The notes: generated from the sequence alone by a model not told the origin. A stretch of 64,000 nt of DNA from Methanothermococcus sp. SCGC AD-155-E23 (GCA_019561615.1 JAHEQA010000029.1:1-64000); one strand, 5' to 3'; counted from the first letter of the stretch, positions 43,227 through 54,319 are shown. Numbers and translations: made by a program.

Positions 43227-44353
43227 AGGTGTAGAGGTGTCTCCCTTCTGAACTTGTTCAACTCTGCAAGTACTGCATCTAGATCCTTCTCATCGATGTA
43301 CTTTTTATCCTCAAGTATTGCCCTGTGGAGGGCTGGTTTTAGGAACTTCTCCTTTATATCCCTTCCACTCATACCCTTGGTCTTCTCTACGTACTTTCTT
43401 AAATCTGCCCTGATCTCTAGAGGCATCTTTTTCCTGTAGAGTTCCATGATCTTCAATCTCTCCTCGTCTCCAGGTAATTCAAACTTTATCTCCTCTTCGA
43501 ATCTACTTCTTATGGCACTGTCCAACATCTCTGGGTTGTTGGTAGCTCCTATAGTTACCACTCCGTCGTTGTCGTGTATACCGTCTAACTCTGTAAGTAG
43601 TGCATTTACCACCTCTGATACGTCACCTCTCAGGGACTGGTACTGTCTACTTAGGGCTATTGCATCTAACTCGTCTATGAATACAATACATGGTTTGTTC
43701 TCCAGTGCCCTACTGTACAACTGCTCTATCTGTTTGGCACCGTCTCCAACGTGCTCCCCTATTAACTCTGTGGCCTTGATAAGGTAGAGTGGGACGTCAG
43801 TTTCAGTGGCTAGAGCCCTTGCCATCAGTGTCTTCCCTGTTCCAGGAGGTCCGTAGAACAGTATGTTCTTTGGAGCCCACTCTCCAAATAATTCAGGCTG
43901 TTTAAGATACTTTATAATAATTCTACACTTCTTCTTTGCATGTTCCTGACCTATAATATCCTTGAATCTCGCCTTTTTAAAGGACCTACTACCCATCTCT
44001 CTATCAGTTATTATCTTGAATAAAGTATCCCTTGTAATTATACCTCCATCAGCTGGATATGTGGATACAACTTTGAAGGCGTAATCTGGGATGATGGTGT
44101 TGTCAAAGAGGTAGTCTCCCTCCTTTACAGTCTCGCCTTCCCACTGCTCTCTCGCATATACGTTAAAGAGGGTAGGATCCTCGATGGTAACCTTGAAGTT
44201 CTCGCTGTTTATCTTAATTGGAAATCCCACAGGTTTTATGATGACATACTTTAAAGCTATAACTTTATCAGAGATCTTCGCAGTTTCAGAAACTAAGGAC
44301 TTTATCTTTATGGTGCCAAGGTTTATCCTGTTCATGGAAAGACACCTCGCCAC
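43217..44353 (-). CDS. AAA+ family ATPase
   Basis: [30 protein letters not shown]. Confidence 0.9.
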   Translation of the reverse strand: MARCLSMNRINLGTIKIKSLVSETAKISDKVIALKYVIIKPVGFPIKINSENFKVTIEDPTLFNVYAREQWEGETVKEGDYLFDNTIIPDYAFKVVSTYPADGGIITRDTLFKIITDREMGSRSFKKARFKDIIGQEHAKKKCRIIIKYLKQPELFGEWAPKNILFYGPPGTGKTLMARALATETDVPLYLIKATELIGEHVGDGAKQIEQLYSRALENKPCIVFIDELDAIALSRQYQSLRGDVSEVVNALLTELDGIHDNDGVVTIGATNNPEMLDSAIRSRFEEEIKFELPGDEERLKIMELYRKKMPLEIRADLRKYVEKTKGMSGRDIKEKFLKPALHRAILEDKKYIDEKDLDAVLAELNKFRRETPLHLYR

Positions 44354-44448
44354 ATTCTCAAACTAATTACTTGATAATCCAAATATTATATAAGTGTTGT
44401 GCAATTTATATACTTTTACATATGGCCCAGGTATAAGTATTCCATGGT

Positions 44449-45291
44449 GTGAGGATGGACCCTACAATTATCTTTTGGCTGTTCTTTTTCCTTATTATCC
44501 TATACTCCCACAGTACCTTTAGGTGGAGGCAGATCCAGAGGTACAACTGTATAAAGAAGTTGGAGAAGGAGAGGAAAACCAGGGTAATTGTAATGATACA
44601 TAGGCAGGAGCAGTTGGCATTTTTAGGCATCCCCATCTATAGATTTATTACCATAGAGGACAGTGAAGAGATACTTAGGGCCATAAGGATGACACCTGAC
44701 GATATGCCTATTGACCTTATACTCCATACACCTGGAGGGTTGGTACTGGCCAGTGAGCAGATAGCCATGGCACTGAAGGAGCACAAGGCTAAAACTACAG
44801 TGATTGTACCGCACTACGCCATGAGTGGAGGTACTCTAATAGCCCTGGCTGCAGACGAGATCATCATGGATAAAAACGCTGTCCTGGGACCTGTGGATCC
44901 CCAGATAGGGAACTATCCAGCGGCCTCTATCCTGAAGGTGGTGGAGACCAAGTATATAGATCAGGTTGATGACGAGACCTTGATACTTGCAGACATCTCC
45001 CGGAAGGCCATAAAACAGGTAAAGGAGTTTGTATACGATCTTTTAAAGGATAAGATGCCAGAGGAGAGGGCTAGGGAAGTTGCAGAGATCCTCTCCACAG
45101 GGAGATGGACCCACGACTATCCCCTTACAGTGGATAAGTTGAGGGAGTTGGGAATAGAGGTGAATACCAACGTTCCAAAGTTGGTGTATCAACTTCTAGA
45201 CCTATACAAGCAGCCAACAACCCAGAGACCCTCTGTCCAGTATATCCCTGTACCCTACAGGAAGGTGGACCATGTTAAGGGTAAGGTTTAA
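44449..45291 (+). CDS. SDH-family ClpP-fold serine protease
   Basis: LHTPGG, AMSGGT, LGPVDPQ, WTHDYP. Confidence 0.88.
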   Translation: MRMDPTIIFWLFFFLIILYSHSTFRWRQIQRYNCIKKLEKERKTRVIVMIHRQEQLAFLGIPIYRFITIEDSEEILRAIRMTPDDMPIDLILHTPGGLVLASEQIAMALKEHKAKTTVIVPHYAMSGGTLIALAADEIIMDKNAVLGPVDPQIGNYPAASILKVVETKYIDQVDDETLILADISRKAIKQVKEFVYDLLKDKMPEERAREVAEILSTGRWTHDYPLTVDKLRELGIEVNTNVPKLVYQLLDLYKQPTTQRPSVQYIPVPYRKVDHVKGKV

Positions 45292-45625
45292 GGGTGGGAG
45301 GGTATACAACCTCCATGTTGCAGATAACTTTTTTAAGAGAGCCCTGGGACTGATGTTTAGGGATATAGGGAAGAATGAGGGTATGATATTCTTCTATAAG
45401 AGGCGGAAACCTCACATCCATACATTCTTTATGAGGTTTCCAATAGATGTTATATTTTTAGAGGATAAGGAGGTTGTAGAGGTGGTTAGGAACCTTAAAC
45501 CTTGGAGGACCTACAGGTCCAAGGTATACTCCAACGCCATGATAGAGATAAGAAGTGATGACACCTTAGAGGTAGAGATTGGGGATAGGGTGGAGTTTAT
45601 AGGGTCTAAAAATTTAAGAGAGTAG
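45272..45625 (+). CDS. DUF192 family protein
   Basis: KRALGLMF, IHTFFMRFPIDVIF, LKPW. Confidence 0.85.
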   Translation: MLRVRFKGGRVYNLHVADNFFKRALGLMFRDIGKNEGMIFFYKRRKPHIHTFFMRFPIDVIFLEDKEVVEVVRNLKPWRTYRSKVYSNAMIEIRSDDTLEVEIGDRVEFIGSKNLRE

Positions 45626-45727
45626 GAAGGATAACAAAAGAAGAGCAATCAAAGACTGAGAGATAATCAATGTCACAACTATTTTAATATTAACTAAAAA
45701 GTATAATCCTAAAAAAAGGTGAATTCT

Positions 45728-45886
45728 ATGGTAGAAAGAAAGATAGCCAAAGTCTGGGAGCAAGGTGCAAGTAGAAGTAAGTGTATCATCCTTCCCAAGG
45801 AATTCTGTGAAAAGTTGGGAATAAAGGGGGGGAGCTATGTTGAGATAACAATGGAAGGGGACAAAATAGTTATAAGACCTATTTAA
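45728..45886 (+). CDS. AbrB/MazE/SpoVT-family DNA-binding protein, 52 aa (absent from the ORF track)
   Basis: MVERKIAKVWEQGASRSKCIILPKEFCEKLGIKGGSYVEITMEGDKIVIRPI*; AGGTGA RBS at 45717-45722. Confidence 0.8.
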   Translation: MVERKIAKVWEQGASRSKCIILPKEFCEKLGIKGGSYVEITMEGDKIVIRPI

Positions 45887-46791
45887 TTTTTCCATCCCTT
45901 AACCACTACTATAGGTGTATGCTCCATCTTCTCCAGTAACTCCTCAGATATCTCAAAGGTGCCACACCTCTCTCTGTACTGATGGATAGACTTTGTGGGA
46001 TCTGCCCGGCACCTATCTGAAACCTCTGCAATATGAAGTATCTCCTCCAGGGAGTATTTTTTATAGACCTTATTTCCAGCTATAGCCAGGGGTGTGGCTC
46101 CACATAATCCCCCAATCTTCAACACACCTGCCAACTTACCTAGGATATACCCCATAACCCCTATGCCAGATACTATTCCCCCTATGGCACAGGGTAGGGC
46201 AGTGACATACCACCTGAAAAACCTGTAGGTGGCGTCGGTATCCACCACCATAACCACTACATCCACCCCTAACTCCCTCTTTATTACAGAGTGTATCCTC
46301 TCTGCAGACCTCTCAGGATCCCTTGGAAGTAGGACGGCATAGGAGCCTGGTACATTAGTTAGATCCACCCCACCCTCTGAGGCAGGTTTCAAGGCATATA
46401 TAAACCCCACCTTCTCTATGACAACCTGCTTATGTCTCAGGGTCTCCTCCCTGGGCATCCTCCTAAGGTTCTCTATCCTATCTGGCCTCGTTCTCAGGAG
46501 GGGACCTAGTATATACCCCCATAAATATTTAGACCAGAGGTAGCAGAGGTATGCCAGAGGTCCCACCTTCACCTCCCTCTCATCAACGAGGTTACCCTCT
46601 CCAGTAGCAATAAATTTCTCACTAACTACAACAAAGTCCCCATCTTCCAACTTTAAACCCCTCTTAACCTCCCTCTTTAGAGAGGTGACAATAACCTCTA
46701 AGTAGTCCTCCCCCTTCCTAAGGTATCTGGTCTTTACAGGTATTGCCTCAACTATACTCCCTACCTCCTCCTGTTGTACTCCTGGATACAC
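45883..46791 (-). CDS. F420-0:glutamate ligase (CofE)-superfamily protein
   Basis: DGDFVVVSEK, GGVDLTNVPG, VDTD, TPIVVV; start codon uncertain. Confidence 0.7.
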   Translation of the reverse strand: MYPGVQQEEVGSIVEAIPVKTRYLRKGEDYLEVIVTSLKREVKRGLKLEDGDFVVVSEKFIATGEGNLVDEREVKVGPLAYLCYLWSKYLWGYILGPLLRTRPDRIENLRRMPREETLRHKQVVIEKVGFIYALKPASEGGVDLTNVPGSYAVLLPRDPERSAERIHSVIKRELGVDVVVMVVDTDATYRFFRWYVTALPCAIGGIVSGIGVMGYILGKLAGVLKIGGLCGATPLAIAGNKVYKKYSLEEILHIAEVSDRCRADPTKSIHQYRERCGTFEISEELLEKMEHTPIVVVKGWKN

Positions 46792-47885
46792 TCAATTACA
46801 TCTTCGACTCTTCCATCTGTTTTAATGCCGTTGGGATCGTAGTGGACCCTTGAAGCCCTAAAACCCCTCTCCCTTAACATCTCCACTATCGCCCTAACAG
46901 GGGGCACATGTTCCCTTATGGCGCTGCATATCCTGTGGATGTTATAACAACCTATTACATTTCCAACTGTACACTCCTGGTAGATCTCCTCCAGTATCTT
47001 TATACTTCTCTTAGAGTAATCTCTCTCCTGGGCAATCCTCAGGGCATCCTTAACAGTCTCTATATCACTTATCTCCCCAAGGTAAAATAAACCTCCAAAT
47101 CCCCTCTCAAAACCCTCCTCCCTCTTTCTCACAACCTTCTCCTCATTCTCTATCTTAACATACCCCAACCTCTCCATAGCCTCATCTGCCCTCTTTGCCC
47201 CCCTCTCAGTAACTAAGAAGGTTCTTATATAGTGATCTGTGAAGTGGGAGAGAATAGGCCTAAGACCTATGTCGTACTTCCCTGCAACTCTAATGGCATA
47301 ACCTATTAGCAGCCTCACTGCCAACTCCTTATCACCAGGTAGTGGAATGGCATCGTAGTTTCTAATACAGGCCTTTCTATAGGAACCATAGAGGACCGCA
47401 GTATCTGTGGCAGTCATGGCTATTATACCATCCCTTGTAATACAACTACGGATGGCACTGTCCAGATAGGGATTTGGAGATCCAAAGGGATCTATATCTA
47501 CAAGGTTAAAGGTTCGAAAGTGCTCTGAGAGGAGGACATTTGCATCCTTGTTAAACACCTTCACATTTTCCAGGTTGTTCAACTTTACATTCTCCTTAAT
47601 AGCCTCATAGGCATGGGGGTTGATATCGTTGATAAATACCTCCACCTTACCAGAGGGGTTTATCAACTCCTTGGCGTACCTTATCCCCCTGACACCACTA
47701 CCTCCCAGGGGATCACATACAAGGAACCTCTCCCTCTTGAATTTATTTAAAAAACTCTGTACTACAGCAACAGATATGTCCCTGTTAACTGCCATCTTGG
47801 GATTGTAGAACACCTTATCTTTTTTTGTTATACTTCTCTCCCCTGGCACCTTTATCTTTACATACCCTTCTACCACATCCTCCAT
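46761..47885 (-). CDS. trm1: tRNA (guanine26-N2)-dimethyltransferase
   Basis: VFYNP, NRD, SGVRGIRY, DIDPFGSP, TATD; ATG at 47885. Confidence 0.93.
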   Translation of the reverse strand: MEDVVEGYVKIKVPGERSITKKDKVFYNPKMAVNRDISVAVVQSFLNKFKRERFLVCDPLGGSGVRGIRYAKELINPSGKVEVFINDINPHAYEAIKENVKLNNLENVKVFNKDANVLLSEHFRTFNLVDIDPFGSPNPYLDSAIRSCITRDGIIAMTATDTAVLYGSYRKACIRNYDAIPLPGDKELAVRLLIGYAIRVAGKYDIGLRPILSHFTDHYIRTFLVTERGAKRADEAMERLGYVKIENEEKVVRKREEGFERGFGGLFYLGEISDIETVKDALRIAQERDYSKRSIKILEEIYQECTVGNVIGCYNIHRICSAIREHVPPVRAIVEMLRERGFRASRVHYDPNGIKTDGRVEDVIECIQEYNRRR

Positions 47886-47963
47886 GAATATCCCTCTGAG
47901 AGAGAAGTTGTTATTTATAGTAATCATATTACTAATTATTAGAATCTGAGATAGGTAATAGTT

Positions 47964-50216
47964 ATGCTAGAGAGGATTTTAGAAATATTAAGGGAAAACG
48001 GTATCAAGGAACTTAGGCCTCCTCAGAAGAGGGTCTTAGAGAGGGGTTTACTGGATAAGGGGAAAAACTTTCTCATCTCCATACCTACAGCCAGTGGGAA
48101 AACACTTATAGGGGAGATAGCACTCTTGAATCACCTCTTAGAGGATAGGAGTAAGAAGGGTTTATTTATCGTCCCCTTGAAGGCACTGGCCTCTGAGAAG
48201 TATGAAGAATTCAGGAGGAAGTACGAGAGATATGGTATAAAGGTGGCACTTTCCATTGGAGACTACGACGAGGAGGAGGATCTTGAGGATTACAACATAA
48301 TAATCACCACTGCAGAGAAGTTAGACTCCCTTATAAGGCATAGGGTGAGATGGATAGAGGATGTCTCTGTTGCCATTATAGACGAGATCCATCTAATAGG
48401 AAACGAGGAGAGGGGAGGTACCTTAGAGGTACTTATAACTAAGTTGAAAAGTAAGTACAACGTCCAGATAATTGGACTCTCTGCCACCATAGGAAATCCA
48501 GAGGAGTTGGCGCAGTGGTTAGATGCAGAGTTGGTGATAGACAACTGGAGACCTGTCAAGTTAAAGAAGGGCATAGGCTACAGGGATAAGATTCTATTTG
48601 TTGGAGAGGATGGGGAGGTTGTAGAGGAGTATCCCCTGAAGACCTATAACAGTAGAAGTGAATTATTTAATCTTGTGATAGATTGTGTGTTAGATGGGGG
48701 CTCCCTCCTCATATTCTGCAACTCCAAGAGGAAGGCTGTTGAAGAGGCTGAAAAGCTGGATCTAAGGGATTACCTCTCCAGGGAGGAGTTAAGGGAGCTT
48801 AGGCGTATAAAGGAGGAGATCCTAAGTGTATTTGACAGGCCCACGGAAACCTGCAAAACCCTTGCAGAATGTATTGAGAGAGGTGTTGCATTCCACCACG
48901 CAGGTCTAACATACGAGCAGAGGAGGATTGTGGAGGAGGCCTTTAGAAGAAGGATTATAAAGGTTATCTGCTGCACCCCAACCTTGAGTATGGGGGTTAA
49001 CGTCCCCTGTAGGAGAGCCATAGTGAAGGACCTTAAGAGATTCAGTAAGGGTAGTAGGGTCTTCATCCCAAAGATGGAGATACTCCAGTGTATTGGGAGG
49101 GCTGGACGTCCAAACTTGGACCCCTACGGTGAGGGTATAATATACGTTGATGAAAAGGTTAGTGCAGAGGAGGTAAAGGACTACCTTGTGGGACCTGTGG
49201 AACCTATCTCTTCAGGGTTATACAATCCCAGGACACTAAGATCCCATATCCTTGGATTAATAGCCCTGGGAGATGTTAAGGACAGGGAGAGTCTAAGAAA
49301 CTTTATAGAAAATACCTTCTACGCCTATCAGTATGGAAACATCTCTAAGATCTTGGAGTATATTGAAGAGGTTATAAGATTTTTAGAGTTTAGTGGATTT
49401 ATCTCGGTAGAGGGTGGAGAGGGGAAATACGGGGTGAAGATACTAACATTGGATGGGGATGGTATATCTATACGAGGAGGTGAGGAGAGGTACAGGATAA
49501 CTCCACTGGGGAGAAGGGTATCTGAGTTATACATAGACCCCTTCAGTGGGAGGGTTATAATAGAGGGGTTAAAAAGACTTAATAAAATGTTAAGAAAAAA
49601 GTATCTTGGAAATAGAGATCCCCTTGATTGTGCTACCTTCTATATTCTCTACCTCATCTCCAAGACTTCGGAGATGTTACCCTTATTGTGGATAAAAAGT
49701 TATAAGAAAGATAAGAAAAATAAAGAAGAATTCCTCACCTACGAGGCTCTAAGGAGAGGTATATTTATAGAAAATAAAAGAGATTTGAAATATATTAGAA
49801 GTGCTATGATCTTCTACGACTGGATAAGGGAGGTGCCAGAGGACAAGATCGAGGAGAGGTATGGCATAGAGCCTGGGATTTTAAGGTACTGGGTTGAACA
49901 GGCAAAGTGGCTGCTACATGCTACAGGGGAACTCTACAAGATCTTGAAAATAGAGAATGAGATTATCTCCCAGGTCCTGGAGGAGTTGAAGATAAGGATA
50001 GAGTACGGTGCAGGTAGGGAACTTATAGACCTACTGAAGATAAAGTATATAGGTAGGGCAAGAGCTAGGATGCTTTACAACGCAGGGATAAGAAGCGCCC
50101 AGGATATTATAGACAACTATGATAAGGTCAGAAGGATCCTGGGAGATAAGATTGCCAGGAAGATCCTCAAGGAGTTGAAAGATAGTGAGGACATATCTCT
50201 TAAGTTATGGGAGTAA
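47964..50216 (+). CDS. hel308: Ski2-like helicase Hel308/Hjm, no intein
   Basis: PTASGKT, DEIH, LSATIGN, FHHAGL, GRAGRP, LYIDP, C-terminal HhH. Confidence 0.9.
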   Translation: MLERILEILRENGIKELRPPQKRVLERGLLDKGKNFLISIPTASGKTLIGEIALLNHLLEDRSKKGLFIVPLKALASEKYEEFRRKYERYGIKVALSIGDYDEEEDLEDYNIIITTAEKLDSLIRHRVRWIEDVSVAIIDEIHLIGNEERGGTLEVLITKLKSKYNVQIIGLSATIGNPEELAQWLDAELVIDNWRPVKLKKGIGYRDKILFVGEDGEVVEEYPLKTYNSRSELFNLVIDCVLDGGSLLIFCNSKRKAVEEAEKLDLRDYLSREELRELRRIKEEILSVFDRPTETCKTLAECIERGVAFHHAGLTYEQRRIVEEAFRRRIIKVICCTPTLSMGVNVPCRRAIVKDLKRFSKGSRVFIPKMEILQCIGRAGRPNLDPYGEGIIYVDEKVSAEEVKDYLVGPVEPISSGLYNPRTLRSHILGLIALGDVKDRESLRNFIENTFYAYQYGNISKILEYIEEVIRFLEFSGFISVEGGEGKYGVKILTLDGDGISIRGGEERYRITPLGRRVSELYIDPFSGRVIIEGLKRLNKMLRKKYLGNRDPLDCATFYILYLISKTSEMLPLLWIKSYKKDKKNKEEFLTYEALRRGIFIENKRDLKYIRSAMIFYDWIREVPEDKIEERYGIEPGILRYWVEQAKWLLHATGELYKILKIENEIISQVLEELKIRIEYGAGRELIDLLKIKYIGRARARMLYNAGIRSAQDIIDNYDKVRRILGDKIARKILKELKDSEDISLKLWE

Positions 50217-50252
50217 AAATAATTATGGGAAAACATCCAAGGTGAAGGACAG

Positions 50253-50852
50253 ATGTTGTTACTACCAGAGCCTAGAATATATAGAGATGTGTCCCTTGAG
50301 GAGGCCATACTTAAAAGGAGATCTATAAGGGAGTACTCAGAGGAACCTCTCAGGCTCGAGGATCTCTCCCAGATCCTATGGGCGGCACAGGGTATAACAG
50401 ACCCCAGCAGGATGTTTAGAGCTGCACCAAGTGCAGGTGCAACCTATCCCCTGGAGGTATACCTTGTTGTAAAGGAGGTGGTGGATTTAGAACCAGGAGT
50501 TTACAGGTATATACCAGCTAATCACTCCCTCCAGGTGATAAAGGAGGGGGATTACTCCTTTCACCTCTACAGGGCATGTTTAAATCAGAGATGGGTTCTA
50601 GATGCAAAGGCCAACATAGTGATAACAGCTGTTTATGAGCGTACCACCTCTATCTATGGAGAGCGGGGTATTAGATACGTCCACATGGAGGCTGGACATG
50701 CCGGGCAGAATATATACCTTCAGAGTACAGCACTAGGTATAGGTACAGTGGCAATAGGTGCCTTCTACGATGAATACGTGGAGGAAGTTGTGGGATGTGG
50801 ACCTGGGGAAAGGGCCCTCTATGTCTTCCCCCTGGGATACATAAAAGAATAA
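50253..50852 (+). CDS. SagB/ThcOx-family nitroreductase-like protein
   Basis: RRSIREY, PSAGATYP, EAGHAGQN, IGAF. Confidence 0.88.
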   Translation: MLLLPEPRIYRDVSLEEAILKRRSIREYSEEPLRLEDLSQILWAAQGITDPSRMFRAAPSAGATYPLEVYLVVKEVVDLEPGVYRYIPANHSLQVIKEGDYSFHLYRACLNQRWVLDAKANIVITAVYERTTSIYGERGIRYVHMEAGHAGQNIYLQSTALGIGTVAIGAFYDEYVEEVVGCGPGERALYVFPLGYIKE

Positions 50853-51194
50853 CTACTTTTTCTCTTTTTCCTCCCTCTTCATTATGGCGATCTCCCTTAC
50901 AAGGAGTGTGATCTCCCTCTCTATCTTCTCGATCTTCATATAGAGTCTGTAGTGGAGATAGAAGAGTACTATAATGGCAATGTAGATTACTACGTCTACT
51001 CCCCTACCTACACCAGTTATGGTGGCTAGATAATTTAGAGTCTGTGGGAACACTACTATCAGTATTACCATTATCCAGATGAATATCCAGAATAGGGCAG
51101 ACTCTATGTTTATCTCGTTGTTTTTAACCTGTAACAATATTTTAGATAGGGCAAAGATTGAGAAGATGAGGGCAAGTATCTGGATGACCTCCAT
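50853..51194 (-). CDS. DUF2304 family membrane protein
   Basis: GVGRGVD and IEREITLLVREIA patterns; family commonly found beside GT2 genes. Confidence 0.8.
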   Translation of the reverse strand: MEVIQILALIFSIFALSKILLQVKNNEINIESALFWIFIWIMVILIVVFPQTLNYLATITGVGRGVDVVIYIAIIVLFYLHYRLYMKIEKIEREITLLVREIAIMKREEKEKK

Positions 51195-51358
51195 ATTATC
51201 ACGTTTTTATTTTAAGTTATGGTAAATTTCCTTTATAAACACAGTTACTAAGTTAACTGGAAAAGAGATTTCAATATAATTAAACTTTTAATAATAACAA
51301 AACAATTAATGTAAAGTAGGATCTGGAGAGGAGGTCGAGGAGTTAAAAGGGTGATAAT

Positions 51359-52048
51359 ATCTCTAAAAAAATTCTGGCGCTGATTCCAGCATACAACGAG
51401 GAGAAGTCTATTAAAACTGTGATAAACAACATCCAAGACATTGTAGATGGTATCTTAGTTGTAGATGACGGAAGTAGTGACAACACCGCCAAGTATGCCA
51501 GGGAGTGTGGAGTTGAAGTTATAAGGTTTGAGAAAAATAGGGGAAAGGGTGCAGCTATACGGGAGGGGTATAAATACTTTCTCTCCACCAACTACGATGT
51601 ATGTGTCATATACGATGGAGATGGTCAGTATAGAAAAGAGGATATACTACCAGTTTGCAAGCCTATCATAGAGGATGAGGCAGATATTGTAGTGGGATCA
51701 AGGTTCCTAGGGGAGTATAAAGAGGGAGCCAATATAAACTACAGGATAAGAATACTCTGTAACCATATATCCACCTGGGTTACTAGGATTATGTCGGGCC
51801 TCCCAACTACAGATGCCCAGAGTGGATTAGTTGCCATTAACAGATACGCTGCAGAGGTGTTGGACCTGGAAGCTGAGAGATGGGGTATCCACCAGGAGAT
51901 AATAATTAGGGCGGGAAAGAAGGGACTGAGATATAAGGAAGTGCCTATAGTCTTTGAGAAGAGGATGCATGGGAAATCTCGATTAAAGGTATTGACATAC
52001 CCCTTTATGGCATTCCCTGTGATGTTGAAGGCCTGGCTTAGGAAGTGA
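51359..52048 (+). CDS. Glycosyltransferase family 2 (Dol-P-sugar synthase-like); start anomalous
   Basis: ALIPAYNEE lies in frame upstream of the first GTG (51419); VDDGSSD, NRGKG, DGDGQ, DAQSG. Confidence 0.8.
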   Translation: MSKKILALIPAYNEEKSIKTVINNIQDIVDGILVVDDGSSDNTAKYARECGVEVIRFEKNRGKGAAIREGYKYFLSTNYDVCVIYDGDGQYRKEDILPVCKPIIEDEADIVVGSRFLGEYKEGANINYRIRILCNHISTWVTRIMSGLPTTDAQSGLVAINRYAAEVLDLEAERWGIHQEIIIRAGKKGLRYKEVPIVFEKRMHGKSRLKVLTYPFMAFPVMLKAWLRK

Positions 52049-52067
52049 CTGTTTTTGGTGAATCCCG

Positions 52068-53210
52068 ATGAAGATTGTGGTAATAGGTCCTACATATCCT
52101 TTTATAGGGGGTATATCCCACTATAACACTGAACTATGTAAGTATTTGTCTAAAAAACATGAAGTGATTTTGATCTCCTATAAACGTAGGTATCCCTCTT
52201 TTTTATACCCAGGTCGAGAACAGATAGATAGGAGGTCTATTAAAAAAAGGGAAATTGAAAATGTAGAGTATATTTTAGATACTATAAACCCACTAACATG
52301 GATTAAAGCCTTCATGAGGATTAGAGAGGAAAAGCCTGATTTAGTGATATTTCACTGGGTAACTCCCTTCATGGCTCCAATGTTTTCCACAATATTCTTT
52401 CTAGTAAAAAAGTTAACAAAAACGAAAATCCTTGCAATCTGTCACAACGTACTACCTCATGAGAGAACGGTATTAGATGTATTTTTGGCTAAATTAGTAT
52501 TTAGAAATGTGGATTACTTTATAGTACAGTCGAAAGAAGACCTATCAAAGTTAAGGAAAATAGTATCTAAATCCAAGATAATAAGATATAACCCTCACCC
52601 TATCTATGACATTTTTAGAGTACAAAGTGTATCAGAAGAGGATGCTAGGAAGATATTAAATATTCCAAAAAATGCGAAAGTACTACTGTTTTTTGGCTAT
52701 GTTAGGAAGTATAAGGGGTTGATGTATCTTATTAAGGCGATGCCTAAAATTATAGAAAAAATTCCTGAGGCATATCTTTTAATAGCTGGAGAATTTTGGG
52801 ATAGTAAAGAGAAATATATTAACGAGATAAAAAGATTAAAAATTGAAAATAACGTTAAGGTGATTGATAGATACATCCCAGATGAGGAGGTAGGGGTTTA
52901 CTTCTCTGCAGCCGATGTAGTTGTCCTACCTTATATCTCTGCCACTCAAAGTGGAGTTGTTCAGATAGCCTATGCCTTGAATAAGCCAGTTATCACTACC
53001 AACGTTGGAGGCCTTCCCGATGTAGTGGAAAATAACAAGACCGGATTTATCCTTGAGGCTAAAAATCCGGAGAAACTTGCCGAAGCGGTAATAAAGTACT
53101 TCAAGGAAGATAAAAAGGAGGAATTCAGAAAAAACATACAAGAGATAAAATGGAGATTCTCATGGGAAAGGCTTGTAGAGGTGATTGAGGAAATAGGTGG
53201 GAAGTTATGA
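52068..53210 (+). CDS. Glycosyltransferase family 4
   Basis: GGISHY, FGYVRKYKG, PYISATQSGV. Confidence 0.9.
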   Translation: MKIVVIGPTYPFIGGISHYNTELCKYLSKKHEVILISYKRRYPSFLYPGREQIDRRSIKKREIENVEYILDTINPLTWIKAFMRIREEKPDLVIFHWVTPFMAPMFSTIFFLVKKLTKTKILAICHNVLPHERTVLDVFLAKLVFRNVDYFIVQSKEDLSKLRKIVSKSKIIRYNPHPIYDIFRVQSVSEEDARKILNIPKNAKVLLFFGYVRKYKGLMYLIKAMPKIIEKIPEAYLLIAGEFWDSKEKYINEIKRLKIENNVKVIDRYIPDEEVGVYFSAADVVVLPYISATQSGVVQIAYALNKPVITTNVGGLPDVVENNKTGFILEAKNPEKLAEAVIKYFKEDKKEEFRKNIQEIKWRFSWERLVEVIEEIGGKL

Positions 53211-54319
53211 GAGTGGGGATAATTTCTGCAACACTTAATGAGAGTTTTACAGGTGTACCTAAATATACCTATAATTTGATCAGGGAGTTATATAAATTTT
53301 TAGATAAAGATCTCTATTTAATAAATTATAAACAAAACCAATTTTTTAAGGATCTCAATCAAGTGATAATTGAAAATCCTTTCCATAACTTTAGTCTATC
53401 TTATATATGGTACTCCTATTTACCACTTTCTTCAAGTTTAGAGAAACATGATTTGGATATTATTCATAATCCCTATCAAGTTCCAACACTTTTTAAATTT
53501 AAACAAAAATATGTTATTACAGTTCATGATTTAATACAAATTTTATTTCCCAAAGAAGTTAAGCCCCTAGTATATCTAGTACAAAAAATTATGCTACCCA
53601 AAACCCTTAGAATGGCAGATAAAATAATATCGGTATCATATCATACAAAGAGAGATTTAATAAAATATTTAAAAATACCTGAAGATAAAATAGAAGTTAT
53701 ATACCATGGAGTGGACGAGGACTATAAACCACTACCTGAGAAAGAAGTAGAAATGATTAAAAAGAAATATAACATAACTACTCCATTTATCCTATATGTT
53801 GGATCATTAAAACCCTTAAAAAACATCCCGACCCTCATTAAAGCATATTATAAACTTAGAAAACAGGGATTAGAATATAAGTTAGTTATCACTGGTAAGA
53901 AAAGATGGAAATATAGAGAAATTTTTAAACTTATCAATAAACTAAACCTCCAAAAAGATGTTATATTCACGGGATACGTCCCAAGGGAGGACTTACCTGC
54001 GCTATATAATGCAGCTGATCTCTTTGTATCTCCATCACTTTACGAAGGCTTTGGATTACCCCCTCTAGAGGCCATGGCCTGTGGAACACCTGTAATAACC
54101 TCCAATACTTCCTCACTACCTGAAGTAGTTGGAGACGCGGGGATAATGGTTGATCCCTACGATGTAGATGGGTTAGCTAAGGCCATGTACGAGGTTTTAA
54201 CTAACGATGGATTAAGAGAAGAGTTAAGAAAGAGAGGTTTGGAGAGGGCTAAATTATTTAACTGGAAAAAATGTGCTGAAGAACATTTAAGGGTTTACGA
54301 AGAAGTTTACAATATTTAA
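53207..54319 (+). CDS. Glycosyltransferase family 4 (mannosyltransferase-like)
   Basis: [23 protein letters not shown]. Confidence 0.9.
   Translation: MRVGIISATLNESFTGVPKYTYNLIRELYKFLDKDLYLINYKQNQFFKDLNQVIIENPFHNFSLSYIWYSYLPLSSSLEKHDLDIIHNPYQVPTLFKFKQKYVITVHDLIQILFPKEVKPLVYLVQKIMLPKTLRMADKIISVSYHTKRDLIKYLKIPEDKIEVIYHGVDEDYKPLPEKEVEMIKKKYNITTPFILYVGSLKPLKNIPTLIKAYYKLRKQGLEYKLVITGKKRWKYREIFKLINKLNLQKDVIFTGYVPREDLPALYNAADLFVSPSLYEGFGLPPLEAMACGTPVITSNTSSLPEVVGDAGIMVDPYDVDGLAKAMYEVLTNDGLREELRKRGLERAKLFNWKKCAEEHLRVYEEVYNI

Noticed and set aside
45614-45895. 93-aa - strand ORF
   Set aside because: Antisense to the more convincing AbrB-family ORF; no motif.
35762-50216. Inteins in infB or hel308, which some relatives carry
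   Set aside because: Protein lengths are normal and no splicing or LAGLIDADG motifs are visible.
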